Positions 1-9,306 of a stretch of DNA of 41,327 nucleotides are shown piece by piece. Numbering within the stretch: the stretch's first letter is position 1; each line of letters starts with the position of its first letter. The notes under the pieces were generated by a model that did not search any database, was not told the DNA's origin, and worked only from the letters and a program-made list of their open reading frames with translations. Both the position numbers and the translations under genes were made by a program. This DNA comes from an uncultured Gammaproteobacteria bacterium (GTDB lineage Bacteria; Patescibacteriota; Patescibacteriia; UBA9934): contig CAYROW010000001.1 in NCBI GenBank assembly GCA_964425965.1, forward strand, positions 9,082 to 50,408, read 5' to 3'.

Positions 1-1553
1 ACTGACGCAACCAATTGTTCGCCATATACCTGTGCTTTGCATTGCGTTTCTGGATATTTCAATACCCAATCTGGATCAATCAAATGACACCATGGATGGC
101 TATCATCTAATTCACCCTGGTCGTTACAATCGGTAAATGCGTTCACCACTTCACCAAGCGTCACTGGACTATTTTCTGTGTTCGCCTTTGACTCCGCAGC
201 CAATTCCCAACCTGTTGAAATAATACGTGCCTTGCGCAACTTCACGAGGTTGCCGTGACAATATCCGTAGCTGTAGCAGAACGGATCCTGATCTCGAGCA
301 GCGTCTGATGACGGAATAAGTGGCCATGAACTCTTTAAGAGCCCTTGTTCGATTGCATCAGCAATGGTAAGCGCAGAGCCAGAATCAGCTCGAGAAACCG
401 CCGTCACGAGCGACGAATCCGCAACACAGTTGTATAACGATTTTCCTGACGATGGACACGCGCTGAACTCTTGCAACTGACTGTAGTTTTCGACGGAAAG
501 TGGAACTGCGGTTAAAAAACTCCGGAACGATTGTCGAGCGTCTTCTGCATTCGTACTTGCAACGCCATCGATGTTAAATGGATCAATCGCAGACTGATCA
601 AGTCCGCCAAACAAACCGTCGTACACCTTTTCGGTAATCTTTGAGAGGAGCGTGTTCGTGAATACTGATCCGGCGTGTTTCGCAATTTGCAACAACACCT
701 CTTTGTCTCCAAGCGCCTGAACGGCGATTTGATTTCGGATGCTATCAGACGCTGACATTGTTGCATCAAGTCGCTTTTGAATAATTTCTGCAGGCGTCTC
801 TACCCGACCAGTAATGAAATCGGTTTGTGGCTTAAAGAAGCCTGAAAACATTTCGCGAAGCGTGCTATTTGCTGCATCAGTCTGCGCCTTGTTGAGCACA
901 TCGCTGTACAGCTGAATACCAACAGAAAGGTCGTTCGACTTTGGGTTGTATGCTTCGGCGAGTTTGGTAATGACTAACGAGTTTTTTCCAAACGGATCCG
1001 TTGCCATTGACGCGACGTCGCTCAAAAATCCATTCCAGTTATCTTGCACCGCGTTCCATTCACAAGCAGGCTTTGGTCGATGAAACGCACTTTGAATACC
1101 GAACTTAAACGCGAGCGTCACGCCTGATGCGTTCGGTTCACACAAACTGAAATTTCCCAAAATTCCCGTGTCGTCAATTGCACCGAGCGCCTCACCGGCG
1201 ACTGACGCACCGTAATCTGAGAAATATTCTTCAGCGGAACGGTTATCAAAAAGCGGATCGCCACCGTTTCCGCCGGAAGCAATAAACACCGCAGCGTCAT
1301 ACGCCAAACGATCGGTTGCGTACGTTACCGTGTTAATAAGTGCCGTAGAAACCGAGGCGACAAGCGCAGTTTGGCCAAGATACTTTAACGCATTCAAAAT
1401 CCACTCCATGACACGTGGACCGTCGCCAATGGCAGTGGATTCCACTGGAACCGCATACGCTGTTTTCGGAACAAACAATGTTGCCGATGAAAACGCGAAC
1501 ATCGCGAGCATCAGCAACACCGTGGCACCAAATTTTCGGAGGCGGTCCGTCAT
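1..1553 (-). CDS. Large secreted protein of unknown function; N-terminal part only, ORF runs off the left edge
   Basis: My own minus-strand translation from the ATG at 1553-1551 stays open to position 1 (over 515 codons). It is absent from the ORF track because it has no stop in the window. The N-terminus MTDRLRKFGATVLLMLAMFAFSSATLFVPKTAYA looks like a Sec signal peptide. I see no catalytic motif. Confidence 0.6.
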   Translation of the reverse strand, partial: MTDRLRKFGATVLLMLAMFAFSSATLFVPKTAYAVPVESTAIGDGPRVMEWILNALKYLGQTALVASVSTALINTVTYATDRLAYDAAVFIASGGNGGDPLFDNRSAEEYFSDYGASVAGEALGAIDDTGILGNFSLCEPNASGVTLAFKFGIQSAFHRPKPACEWNAVQDNWNGFLSDVASMATDPFGKNSLVITKLAEAYNPKSNDLSVGIQLYSDVLNKAQTDAANSTLREMFSGFFKPQTDFITGRVETPAEIIQKRLDATMSASDSIRNQIAVQALGDKEVLLQIAKHAGSVFTNTLLSKITEKVYDGLFGGLDQSAIDPFNIDGVASTNAEDARQSFRSFLTAVPLSVENYSQLQEFSACPSSGKSLYNCVADSSLVTAVSRADSGSALTIADAIEQGLLKSSWPLIPSSDAARDQDPFCYSYGYCHGNLVKLRKARIISTGWELAAESKANTENSPVTLGEVVNAFTDCNDQGELDDSHPWCHLIDPDWVLKYPETQCKAQVYGEQLVAS

Positions 1554-1559
1554 ACGCGA

Positions 1560-2276
1560 TTACTGGGTGGTTTGAGGAGACGACGTGGTGTCCGTCGTTG
1601 AAGCAGAGGCTGAGGCGTCTGCCGTTGTGGCATCTTCTACTTGCATTTGGGTAATAGCCTGGGAGAGGGCGGCACGGAGTTGATCATCGGTTAAGGCATT
1701 AATTGCCGTTGCGTCACCACCGGATTCAATCAACAACGTTCGAATTTGATCCGTTGTCATTGCTGCGAGCGTTGCGCCAATATCAACCGTCGTCGGCGTT
1801 GCATCAGGAGCAGGAGTCGACCCAGCGCTATCGGCGACCTCTTCAATGAATGTTCCCTGAAGCGTTGTCGGGTTCACGACATCAGCAACCGCGGTTGCAC
1901 ACGGCATGGTTGGAGCGCAATTCGGATCCTGGCCCTGGATAACCTCAGTTTTATCCTCGGCACCGTCGCTATCAGAATCTTTCAGATACGGACTCGTCTT
2001 ATACACGTACAGCTCAGTGTAGTCGTCGATACCATCAGCATCGGTATCCTTTTGCTTTAATGCCTCCATTTCCTGCTGCTGTTTCTCGTCGCCCGTTAAA
2101 AATTTCGGTCCAACGTACGAAACCACAAATGGAGCAGCGACATGCTTCCACAAAAAGAACACACCAAAAATTAACGCGAGCGACCCAAAACTGACCACCA
2201 TGCCTAAGCCGGTTTTTTGTTCGCGGCTGAGCACTGGTTTTTTTCGCGTGATAATGATTCGTTCTCCCTCCGCCAT
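1560..2276 (-). CDS. Membrane-anchored protein with Asp-rich calcium-binding (thrombospondin type 3-like) repeats and a Thr/Ala/Ser-rich tail
   Basis: ORF 1560..2336. The likely start is the internal ATG at 2276 (MAEGERIII). It has one TM segment (LGMVVSFGSLALIFGVFFLW) and DxDxDG motifs DTDADGIDD and DSDSDGAED. Confidence 0.6.
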   Translation of the reverse strand: MAEGERIIITRKKPVLSREQKTGLGMVVSFGSLALIFGVFFLWKHVAAPFVVSYVGPKFLTGDEKQQQEMEALKQKDTDADGIDDYTELYVYKTSPYLKDSDSDGAEDKTEVIQGQDPNCAPTMPCATAVADVVNPTTLQGTFIEEVADSAGSTPAPDATPTTVDIGATLAAMTTDQIRTLLIESGGDATAINALTDDQLRAALSQAITQMQVEDATTADASASASTTDTTSSPQTTQ

Positions 2277-2352
2277 ACGCAATATCGTAGGGCAAGTATA
2301 ACACTGAGAGGGGGTGAACACTTCCCGTGTATGCACAGGAACGGACAGGTGT

Positions 2353-3120
2353 TCAGGACGGATTCAGTATTGAAAAAAGCTTTACCCAATCTTGGGTACT
2401 CAACTCCTGCGGGCGAACGGTTTTTGAGCGACCGATGAACCCTATCGCAGCATCGATCGCGGAAAGATCCGCAGCGCTCGCTTGAGCAAGCGTCTGGCGA
2501 AGCTGTTTGCGACGATGCGCAAAGCCGATTTTTGCAAGAGCAATAATCTCCTCACGTTCGCCTCCCCCAGCCTTCGTCGTTAAACGAAGCACTATCGAAT
2601 CAACTTTCGGTGGAGGAATAAATGCGCCAGGCTTCACGATACAGATCCGTTCAACGTCACAATACAGCTGCGTCGCAACAGAAAGCACACTCATCTCACC
2701 GGCTTTTGCCATCATGCGCTCCCCCACTTCTTTCTGAACCATAACGACGAGCTGACGTGGCGGATTTTTGGACGTGAAGATTTTCTCGAGAATGGCGTTC
2801 CCAGCGTTATACGGAAGGTTGCTCACAAACACCCACGGCCGACCTTGAGTAATAGCATCGTAGTCCACCATTGCGGCGTCGGCCTGAACAATCTCGGCCT
2901 GAGGGAATCGATCGCGAAGGGATGGAACAAGGTCGCGATCGGCCTCGATCAAGGTACACCTCCCCCCAGCCCCCTCCTTCGTAAGGAGGGGGAGCGTAAG
3001 CGCCCCAGCACCAGGACCGACTTCAATCAAAAGCTCACCAGGCTCAACCAAAACCGCATCAACGATTTTCGCGATGATGTTCTTGTCATGAAGGAAATGC
3101 TGCCCGTAGGATTTTTTCAT
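2353..3120 (-). CDS. rsmA: 16S rRNA (adenine1518/1519-N6)-dimethyltransferase RsmA/KsgA
   Basis: KKSYGQHFLHDKNIIAKIV plus the SAM motif EVGPGAGALT are typical of KsgA. I place the start at the ATG at 3120, which overlaps the TGA of the upstream epimerase gene (ATGA). Confidence 0.9.
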   Translation of the reverse strand: MKKSYGQHFLHDKNIIAKIVDAVLVEPGELLIEVGPGAGALTLPLLTKEGAGGRCTLIEADRDLVPSLRDRFPQAEIVQADAAMVDYDAITQGRPWVFVSNLPYNAGNAILEKIFTSKNPPRQLVVMVQKEVGERMMAKAGEMSVLSVATQLYCDVERICIVKPGAFIPPPKVDSIVLRLTTKAGGGEREEIIALAKIGFAHRRKQLRQTLAQASAADLSAIDAAIGFIGRSKTVRPQELSTQDWVKLFSILNPS

Positions 3121-4043
3121 GAAATCTGTAAAAACTTTCGATACCATGCGATCGTCTCTCGAATACCGTCCTCAATGAGGACGGTCGATTGCCAGAACAT
3201 CGCTTTTTGCGCTGCGGACGTATCTAGGCTCATTCGCGCTACCGCATCAACAACTTCAGGCCGTGGCGTTGGACGAATATCGGTGCCAACTTCACCGGCA
3301 ACCATGTCGAACAGCGCTTTCGTCGAAACTTCACGTCCAGTCCCCACGTTATACACACCAGACATCGTGCTTGCAGACGCTGCAATAAGCGCAGCGACAA
3401 CATCATGGACGAACACGTAATCTCGAGTTGTTGTTCCGTCTCCGTTCAAAAATGGCGATTCCCCACGAAGCAATTTTTCCGCAAAGATCGCAATAGCTCC
3501 CGCTTCTTTGTTTCCATACTGCCGCGGACCATAAACGTTCGCAAATCGGAGAGAAACTACATGCATGTTGTAACGCGTGCCGTAAGAATCAAGATACGTC
3601 TCCGCAGCGAATTTCGAAATTCCGTACGGCGTCTGTGGTCGAGCCTTTGCCGACTCGCGAATTGGTAAAACGTCCTGCAACCCGTAGGCCGCGCAGCTCG
3701 ACGCGAAAACAATAGACTGTACTCCGGCGCGCTTTGATGCCTCGAACACGTTGATTGAACCGAGCTCGTTGTGATCAGCATTCATTATCGGGTCGAGGAC
3801 CGATGCACGGTCGTCGATATGCGCTGCAAGGTGAAAAACGACATTTGGCGCGATATCAGCAATACGTTGTGCAAGCGTTTTATCGCGAATATCGCAATTA
3901 ATGTACGTCGCCTTTGCATTTCTGCGGTCTGGCGTTGGATCAGCAAAATCAATGACCGTAACGATGTCACCGCGATCGACAAGAGCGTCAACAAGATGAG
4001 ATCCAATAAATCCTGACCCGCCGGTGACAAGTGATTTTGCCAT
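3117..4043 (-). CDS. NAD-dependent epimerase/dehydratase (UDP-glucose 4-epimerase-like SDR)
   Basis: N-terminal Rossmann motif VTGGSGFIGSHL and the catalytic YxxxK (YGISKFAAE). Length is 308 aa. Confidence 0.85.
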   Translation of the reverse strand: MAKSLVTGGSGFIGSHLVDALVDRGDIVTVIDFADPTPDRRNAKATYINCDIRDKTLAQRIADIAPNVVFHLAAHIDDRASVLDPIMNADHNELGSINVFEASKRAGVQSIVFASSCAAYGLQDVLPIRESAKARPQTPYGISKFAAETYLDSYGTRYNMHVVSLRFANVYGPRQYGNKEAGAIAIFAEKLLRGESPFLNGDGTTTRDYVFVHDVVAALIAASASTMSGVYNVGTGREVSTKALFDMVAGEVGTDIRPTPRPEVVDAVARMSLDTSAAQKAMFWQSTVLIEDGIRETIAWYRKFLQIS

Positions 4044-4076
4044 ATCTCATTATTCAAGATTCAAGACCTGACCCCG

Positions 4077-5189
4077 TTACTGATTTCGCTTCTCTGCATC
4101 AGACCGAAGATACGCCTCGATGTACGGAAGGAGCTCACCGTCGAGCACGCCATCAGTATCCGACGTTTCCACATCCGTCCGATGGTCCTTCACCATTTTA
4201 TACGGGTGGAGGACGTAGCTGCGAATTTGGTTGCCCCAGGCGGCAGTTTTGTGTTCGCCCTTAATATCCGACAGCTTCTCGGCACGCGCGGTCACCATGA
4301 GCTGGAAAAGCTTCGCTTTCAGGACGTTTAACGCGGTTTCTTTGTTTTGTAACTGCGAACGCTCGTTCTGACAGCTCACCGAAATCCCGGTTGGCAAATG
4401 CGTCACACGAACCGCGCTATACGTCGTGTTCACTGACTGTCCGCCCTTCCCAGACGACAAGAATGTATCAATACGCACGTCGTCCATATCAAGTTCGACA
4501 GACGCTGCATCCATCGCATCAAACTCTGGAAGTACTTCAACAAGAGCGAAGGTAGTATGTCGCATCTTCTCACCATCAAACGGCGAAATTCGCACCAGAC
4601 GATGCACGCCAGCTTCTGACCGAAGGAATCCGTACCCGTATCGGCCGCGTACTGCAATCGTGACGCTCTTGTAACCCGCTTCTTCACCACGAGATTCATC
4701 AAGAATATCGACGGCAAATCCTTTCCGCTCCGCAAAACGCATGAACATGCGCAGCAACATTGCTACCCAATCATTCGCATCAGTTCCGCCGGCACCAGCA
4801 TGAATAGAAAGAATTGCGTTGCGCTTGTCGTACTCACCAGAAAATAACATCTGGAATTCCATGGCAGTAAAGCGCTGTTCGATATCGGCAACCAGACCGT
4901 CTGCCTCGTGTTTGTCCTCCGCCGATCCTTCTCCCTCCGCCATTGCGACAATTTCACGAGCTTCAGCGATCTGTTTCCCGATTGTGTCCCAAGCCTCAAC
5001 CTCTTTCTTGAGATCTGACGCTTCTTGCGCAACGATCCGCGCCTTTTCCTGATTACTCCAAAATCCAGGGTCACTCATGTCGGCCTCGAGCTCAATAGCC
5101 CGAGCTCGAGACGCCTCAAGCCCAAGCGCCACAACCGCAAGGCCATGGCGCTCTTCAAGATTCTTCAATTTGTCATCCAGAATCGACAT
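4077..5189 (-). CDS. prfB: Peptide chain release factor 2
   Basis: It carries the SPF tripeptide (RISPFD) and the GGQ motif (SGKGGQSVNTT), and resembles RF2 along its full length. The 370-aa ORF is uninterrupted. Confidence 0.93.
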   Translation of the reverse strand: MSILDDKLKNLEERHGLAVVALGLEASRARAIELEADMSDPGFWSNQEKARIVAQEASDLKKEVEAWDTIGKQIAEAREIVAMAEGEGSAEDKHEADGLVADIEQRFTAMEFQMLFSGEYDKRNAILSIHAGAGGTDANDWVAMLLRMFMRFAERKGFAVDILDESRGEEAGYKSVTIAVRGRYGYGFLRSEAGVHRLVRISPFDGEKMRHTTFALVEVLPEFDAMDAASVELDMDDVRIDTFLSSGKGGQSVNTTYSAVRVTHLPTGISVSCQNERSQLQNKETALNVLKAKLFQLMVTARAEKLSDIKGEHKTAAWGNQIRSYVLHPYKMVKDHRTDVETSDTDGVLDGELLPYIEAYLRSDAEKRNQ

Positions 5190-5197
5190 GGCGAATC

Positions 5198-5587
5198 TTA
5201 GAAGTGAATTTTCCGTGCCCAGTCGCTCACGTATGGAATGTCGAAGCGCTCGCCCTGTAACGCCTTAATAAAGCCCATCACTGCCGCAACAAAAACCGCA
5301 AACCCGGCAATCGTCGTCAGAAATCCTCCAAACGGAATCCGCCACAACCCAGACGAGAATACTTTCATGACCACCGCGATAAGCGAAAGTACCAATCCCT
5401 GTTTTGCGTGCTCCTGGGCAAATGCCGAGTGACGAGCAAAGATCAGCGGAATAAGGCACAACGCACCAACATATCCAATCGCCGCAATGAATCGATCGTT
5501 TGACGGATTTTTCTCTGGCGAAACCATCTCTGCCTGTTTTGCCGAACCCTGTCCGTTGTTATCATTCATATTGTCCATACGATGCAA
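5198..5587 (-). CDS. Small integral membrane protein (DUF4870-like)
   Basis: A hydrophilic N-terminus is followed by three hydrophobic segments. The stretch IAAIGYVGALCLIPLIF...AQEHAKQGLVLSL resembles the DUF4870 family. Confidence 0.55.
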   Translation of the reverse strand: MHRMDNMNDNNGQGSAKQAEMVSPEKNPSNDRFIAAIGYVGALCLIPLIFARHSAFAQEHAKQGLVLSLIAVVMKVFSSGLWRIPFGGFLTTIAGFAVFVAAVMGFIKALQGERFDIPYVSDWARKIHF

Positions 5588-5631
5588 TCAAGAATGTCCA
5601 CACAATACCAAACCGCGCTGAGAATAGCTAT

Positions 5632-7254
5632 TTAGTACATATCTCCCATACCTCCCCCTGCGCCACCAGCGTTCTCTTTCTCAATCTTTGGCACCTCGGT
5701 AATAGCTGCTTCAGTCGTGAGAATCATTACGGCAACTGACGCCGCGTTCTGCAGCGCCGATCGCGTGACTTTCGCAGGGTCGATGATGCCGACCGCAACC
5801 ATATCTACGTCTTTATCTTCTGCAGCATCCCATCCGTTATTTCCGGTCATTCCCTTTACTCGCTCAACAACAACGGCGCCTTCGTGACCAGCGTTCTCGG
5901 CAATCTGACGAAGCGGCGATTCAACAGCTCGACTCAAAATATCGACACCGATCTTTTCCTCTGCGCTCACGACGAGACCGGCGAGCACCGCCTTCGCACG
6001 AATCAACGCCACGCCACCACCGGCAACGATTCCCTCTTCAATAGCCGCTTTTGTTGCAGCAACTGCATCTTCGATGCGATGCTTCTTCTCTTTCATCTCA
6101 ACCTCACTTGCAGCACCAACCTTAATAACAGCAACACCGCCAGAAATCTTTGCCATGCGCTCACGGAACTTTTCTTTATCGAAGTCGGAGTCAGAATTTT
6201 CGAGCTGTGCCTTAATATTGACGACGCGATCCGCGATCGCCGCAGCATCGCCAGCGCCTTCGACGATTGTCGTTGTGTCTTTCGTTGAGATAACGCGGCG
6301 CGCATGACCAAGATCAGCCAATTCGAGTGTTTCGAATTTCATTCCGGTTTCTGGAGCAATGAACTTCGCACCAGTCACAATCGCAATGTCTTCAAGCATC
6401 GCCTTACGACGATCGCCGTATGCAGGCGCTTTAATTGCAAGCACATTCAACGCGCCACGAAGCTTGTTCAACACAAGCGCCGTCATCGCCTCACCATCGA
6501 CGTCTTCTGCGATGATGACGAGATCCTTACGGCCTGTTCCAAGAAGCTTTTCCAAAATGGGCATGAGCGTCTGCATGCTGCTGATTTTCTCGCTTGTTAC
6601 AAGAACAGGAACATCGTTATAGACAGCCTCCATGCGCTCGGAATTCGTCACCATGTATGGAGAAACGTATCCCTTGTCGAATTGCATTCCTTCAACAACA
6701 TCAACCTCAATACCGAAGGACTGGCCTTCTTCAACAGTAATGACCCCGTTCTCACTTACTTTCTTCATCGCTTCCGCGATCATCTTTCCGATCTCTGGAT
6801 CATTCGCGGAAATGGACGCAACCTGTTCGATAGCGTTCCCGTGAACCGGCGTTGAAATCTCTGCAATCTTTTTTACAATCGCTTCAACACCTTTTTCGAT
6901 TCCCCGACGAAGCGCTTGAGAATTCACACCAGAGGAAACCACACGCAAACCTTCAGAAATAATCGACTGCGCAAGAACCACAGCTGTCGTTGTTCCATCG
7001 CCGGCAACGTCGTTTGTTTTGCTTGCAGCCTCTTTCACCAAGGTTGCGCCAAGATTCTCAAGTTTGTCGGCGAGTTCGACTTCCTTTGCAACAGAAACGC
7101 CATCTTTCGTTACCATCGGTGAACCAAAGCCACGATCGATGATTACCGTTCGTCCGCGGGGGCCCATCGTCACTTTCACGGCGTTTGCTAACTGATCTGC
7201 GCCATCTTTCATTTTCTTTCGTGCGTCATCACTGAAAACAATGTTCTTTGCCAT
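5632..7254 (-). CDS. groEL: Chaperonin GroEL
   Basis: MAKNIVFSDDARKKM..., AGDGTTTA and the C-terminal GGAGGGMGDMY tail. The start is set at the ATG at 7254, just after the groES stop; the track's 7296 start overlaps groES. Confidence 0.97.
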   Translation of the reverse strand: MAKNIVFSDDARKKMKDGADQLANAVKVTMGPRGRTVIIDRGFGSPMVTKDGVSVAKEVELADKLENLGATLVKEAASKTNDVAGDGTTTAVVLAQSIISEGLRVVSSGVNSQALRRGIEKGVEAIVKKIAEISTPVHGNAIEQVASISANDPEIGKMIAEAMKKVSENGVITVEEGQSFGIEVDVVEGMQFDKGYVSPYMVTNSERMEAVYNDVPVLVTSEKISSMQTLMPILEKLLGTGRKDLVIIAEDVDGEAMTALVLNKLRGALNVLAIKAPAYGDRRKAMLEDIAIVTGAKFIAPETGMKFETLELADLGHARRVISTKDTTTIVEGAGDAAAIADRVVNIKAQLENSDSDFDKEKFRERMAKISGGVAVIKVGAASEVEMKEKKHRIEDAVAATKAAIEEGIVAGGGVALIRAKAVLAGLVVSAEEKIGVDILSRAVESPLRQIAENAGHEGAVVVERVKGMTGNNGWDAAEDKDVDMVAVGIIDPAKVTRSALQNAASVAVMILTTEAAITEVPKIEKENAGGAGGGMGDMY

Positions 7255-7258
7255 AGAG

Positions 7259-7543
7259 TTATTCGATAACCGCAGTAATGTCGTCAACTGAAACAATCAA
7301 GTATGGTTTATTTTCAAGCGTAACCTCGTCTGGTGCGTACTGTTTGAATACCACAACATCACCAACCTTCACTTCGACCGGCTGGCGTTCTCCCTTTTCA
7401 AGTTTTCCTGGTCCGACGGCAATAACCACACCGCGACCCTGACGCTTTTCACCCGCGTCAGGAAGATAAATTCCTGATGCTGTTTTTGTTTCTCTTTCCT
7501 GTGGCTCAACAATGATATGACCTCCAAGTGGGCGAAGTTTCAT
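7259..7543 (-). CDS. groES: Co-chaperonin GroES
   Basis: 94 aa, MKLRPLGGHIIVEP...GIYLPD...GDVVVFKQY, a classic Cpn10 located directly upstream of groEL. Confidence 0.95.
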   Translation of the reverse strand: MKLRPLGGHIIVEPQERETKTASGIYLPDAGEKRQGRGVVIAVGPGKLEKGERQPVEVKVGDVVVFKQYAPDEVTLENKPYLIVSVDDITAVIE

Positions 7544-7590
7544 AGAGAAAAATGTGAAATCTTAACGAGCGCTAGCTTACCTTAATACCC

Positions 7591-7680
7591 TCCCCCTTTC
7601 AAAGGGGGAAATGAAACTGATTCTTTGATGGGTTGTGACGGGAATCGGAAACTAAGACTCTCCCCCTTACGAAGGGGGAG
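7591..7680. repeat. Two related C5/G5 hairpins upstream of groES
   Basis: TCCCCCTTTCAAAGGGGGA (7591-7609) and CTCCCCCTT-acg-AAGGGGGAG (7660-7680). Confidence 0.5.
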
Positions 7681-7771
7681 TCGGAGGGGGTGGAGATCCT
7701 CGTTTTTGAAGAGGACATGTCGTTTTTTGACCTTTTTAAACTTCGCGCCACGTTGCGATCTGAATCGGAAA
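7632..7771. repeat. 20-nt direct repeat pair GTTGYGAYNNGAATCGGAAA
   Basis: The copies at 7632-7651 and 7752-7771 match at 16 of 20 positions and lie 120 nt apart. Confidence 0.45.
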
Positions 7772-7866
7772 TTTGGAAATAATCGCTTGAAACTCGAAAA
7801 TACATCATCGTCAATTGTGTACAGCGCTATCGCCCACCTCGCAGATCGCCAAAACCGACCAGCGGT

Positions 7867-7895
7867 TTCTTAATGCAAATGAGTTGCGTTAAGAA
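7867..7895 (-). terminator. Hairpin downstream of the O-antigen-ligase-like gene
   Basis: TTCTTAATGCAA-atgag-TTGCGTTAAGAA forms a 12-bp stem with one T:G wobble, about 70 nt past the stop at 7966. There is no clear U-tract. Confidence 0.35.
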
Positions 7896-7965
7896 AACCC
7901 CCTGTTTCAAATCGAGTACCCCTACTCTCCGACTTTCCGTTTCCCGTCCCAACCTTTTCCAAGAA

Positions 7966-9306
7966 TCAGGCCGAATTCTCCCCCATTCTCACCATCATCG
8001 CCAACACAAATGCAATCAGCGCTAGGCCCGACCACGACGACCACAGATAGTGATCAAAGAAACAGACCATAAATATAACGTTGCCCATTCCAAATGCATA
8101 CAAGGCGTCATGGCGTGGGAATCGTGAAAAATTTATCCGCACAACACTCGCTGCAACACAAAGTGCCGTAATCAAACCAAGTACACCAATCTCAGCAAGA
8201 ATCAGGAGAAACACGTTGTGAATCGGCTGATAGTCAAATGCATTTTTCCCAGGTTGATTGTCAGAGATCGATAGAACGTACGAACCAATACCATGACCGA
8301 CGATCATGTTCGTCGACGCCATAAACGGTACAAAATCTTCGTACAGTGAAACGCGCTGAATGAGGGAGCGCTCTTCGTTCACGCCTCCGCCACGAATACT
8401 TGAAGCAAGATCGGTAAAGAAAAACGATCCAAAGAGCGATCCAAGAACCGCGAGCGTCGCAAGGACCGCCGACACCGGACGTGCAACGTTCATCGATGGA
8501 ATTGATTTCACTACAAACACCAGGACGAGACCGACGAGTACGCCAAGGAATGCCGATCGTGAACCGGTAAACAGCAGTCCCGCTACGAGTAACGCCGTAC
8601 CAACTGCTGTCACCGCCAAACGTTTTCGCTTCGACCACTCCTGACGAACAGTCGCCATCGCACCCCACCATGCAAAAAGTCCAACACCGAGGAATCCTCC
8701 AAAAACATTTGGATGCGAAAAGCTGCCGTATGCCCGAAGTACACGTTCACCGTCGACGGTGAAGACCGCATCCCCAAGTTGGGCGGCGTTACGGAATGCG
8801 AGTCCAAGCCAAGAATTCGCAGGTGAGAACCCGCCAAGCACCTGGCTAACGCCAAGCGCCAAGGGAATAATCAACGAAAAAACAAAGGCAAAAAGTATAT
8901 GTTTCACGCTCACACGATCAAACAAGAGCGCAAGAAAGAGCGCGCAAGCGAACAGGAAATGCGTTGCCATTGCAAGCGAAAAAAGCGAGCGATCCGCAAA
9001 CACAGTTCCAAGAACAACAACAATACCTAATAGCGCAACCAAACGAATCGGAAGCTGGCGCTTTCGGTCAATCGCGAAACGTTTTCGGTTAAAGAGACTC
9101 CCGACAATAAGCGCAACGGCAAGAAGAAGCTCTGTGCCGTACACGCTCATGACACCAAATTCTGTATGGCCTCCAGCGATAGCGACTTCGCTATACATCC
9201 ATCGCGTTTGCCATGGCAGGAGCACAATCACGATCGACAGAAACAGCGTCATCCAGTTGGGAAAGCAACGATTCATACGCCTGAAGAATTTCGGAACGAC
9301 GATCAT
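7966..9306 (-). CDS. O-antigen ligase / O-antigen polymerase family membrane protein
   Basis: Polytopic membrane protein of about 10-12 TM segments, with a LFTGSRSAFLGVLVG segment typical of the Wzy_C family. The start is uncertain (ATG at 9306, 9276 or 9252), and every choice overlaps the upstream ORF's 3' end. Confidence 0.7.
   Translation of the reverse strand: MIVVPKFFRRMNRCFPNWMTLFLSIVIVLLPWQTRWMYSEVAIAGGHTEFGVMSVYGTELLLAVALIVGSLFNRKRFAIDRKRQLPIRLVALLGIVVVLGTVFADRSLFSLAMATHFLFACALFLALLFDRVSVKHILFAFVFSLIIPLALGVSQVLGGFSPANSWLGLAFRNAAQLGDAVFTVDGERVLRAYGSFSHPNVFGGFLGVGLFAWWGAMATVRQEWSKRKRLAVTAVGTALLVAGLLFTGSRSAFLGVLVGLVLVFVVKSIPSMNVARPVSAVLATLAVLGSLFGSFFFTDLASSIRGGGVNEERSLIQRVSLYEDFVPFMASTNMIVGHGIGSYVLSISDNQPGKNAFDYQPIHNVFLLILAEIGVLGLITALCVAASVVRINFSRFPRHDALYAFGMGNVIFMVCFFDHYLWSSWSGLALIAFVLAMMVRMGENSA

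Noticed and set aside
4077-5189. Programmed +1 frameshift in prfB
   Set aside because: The frame is continuous from the ATG at 5189, with no early in-frame TGA.
7544-7620. CIRCE/HrcA operator upstream of groES
   Set aside because: I searched by eye for TTAGCACTC-N9-GAGTGCTAA on both strands. I found only short unrelated palindromes (GCTAGC, AGCGCT).
7632-7771. Possible CRISPR array
   Set aside because: There are only two imperfect 20-nt repeat copies with a 100-nt spacer, and no cas genes. No CRISPR array is visible anywhere in the window.
7599-7873. ORFs 7599..7814 (-) and 7625..7873 (+) in the groES upstream region
   Set aside because: They overlap each other on opposite strands and have implausible compositions. 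Both are built from the hairpin and repeat sequences, so I treat the region as non-coding.
9191-9306. 60-115-nt overlap between the O-antigen-ligase-like gene and the upstream ORF, considered as a possible frameshift or fusion
   Set aside because: The two ORFs are in different frames and both have plausible termini. The conserved LLPWQTRW segment forces an upstream start. This is most simply an ordinary overlap with an uncertain start codon.
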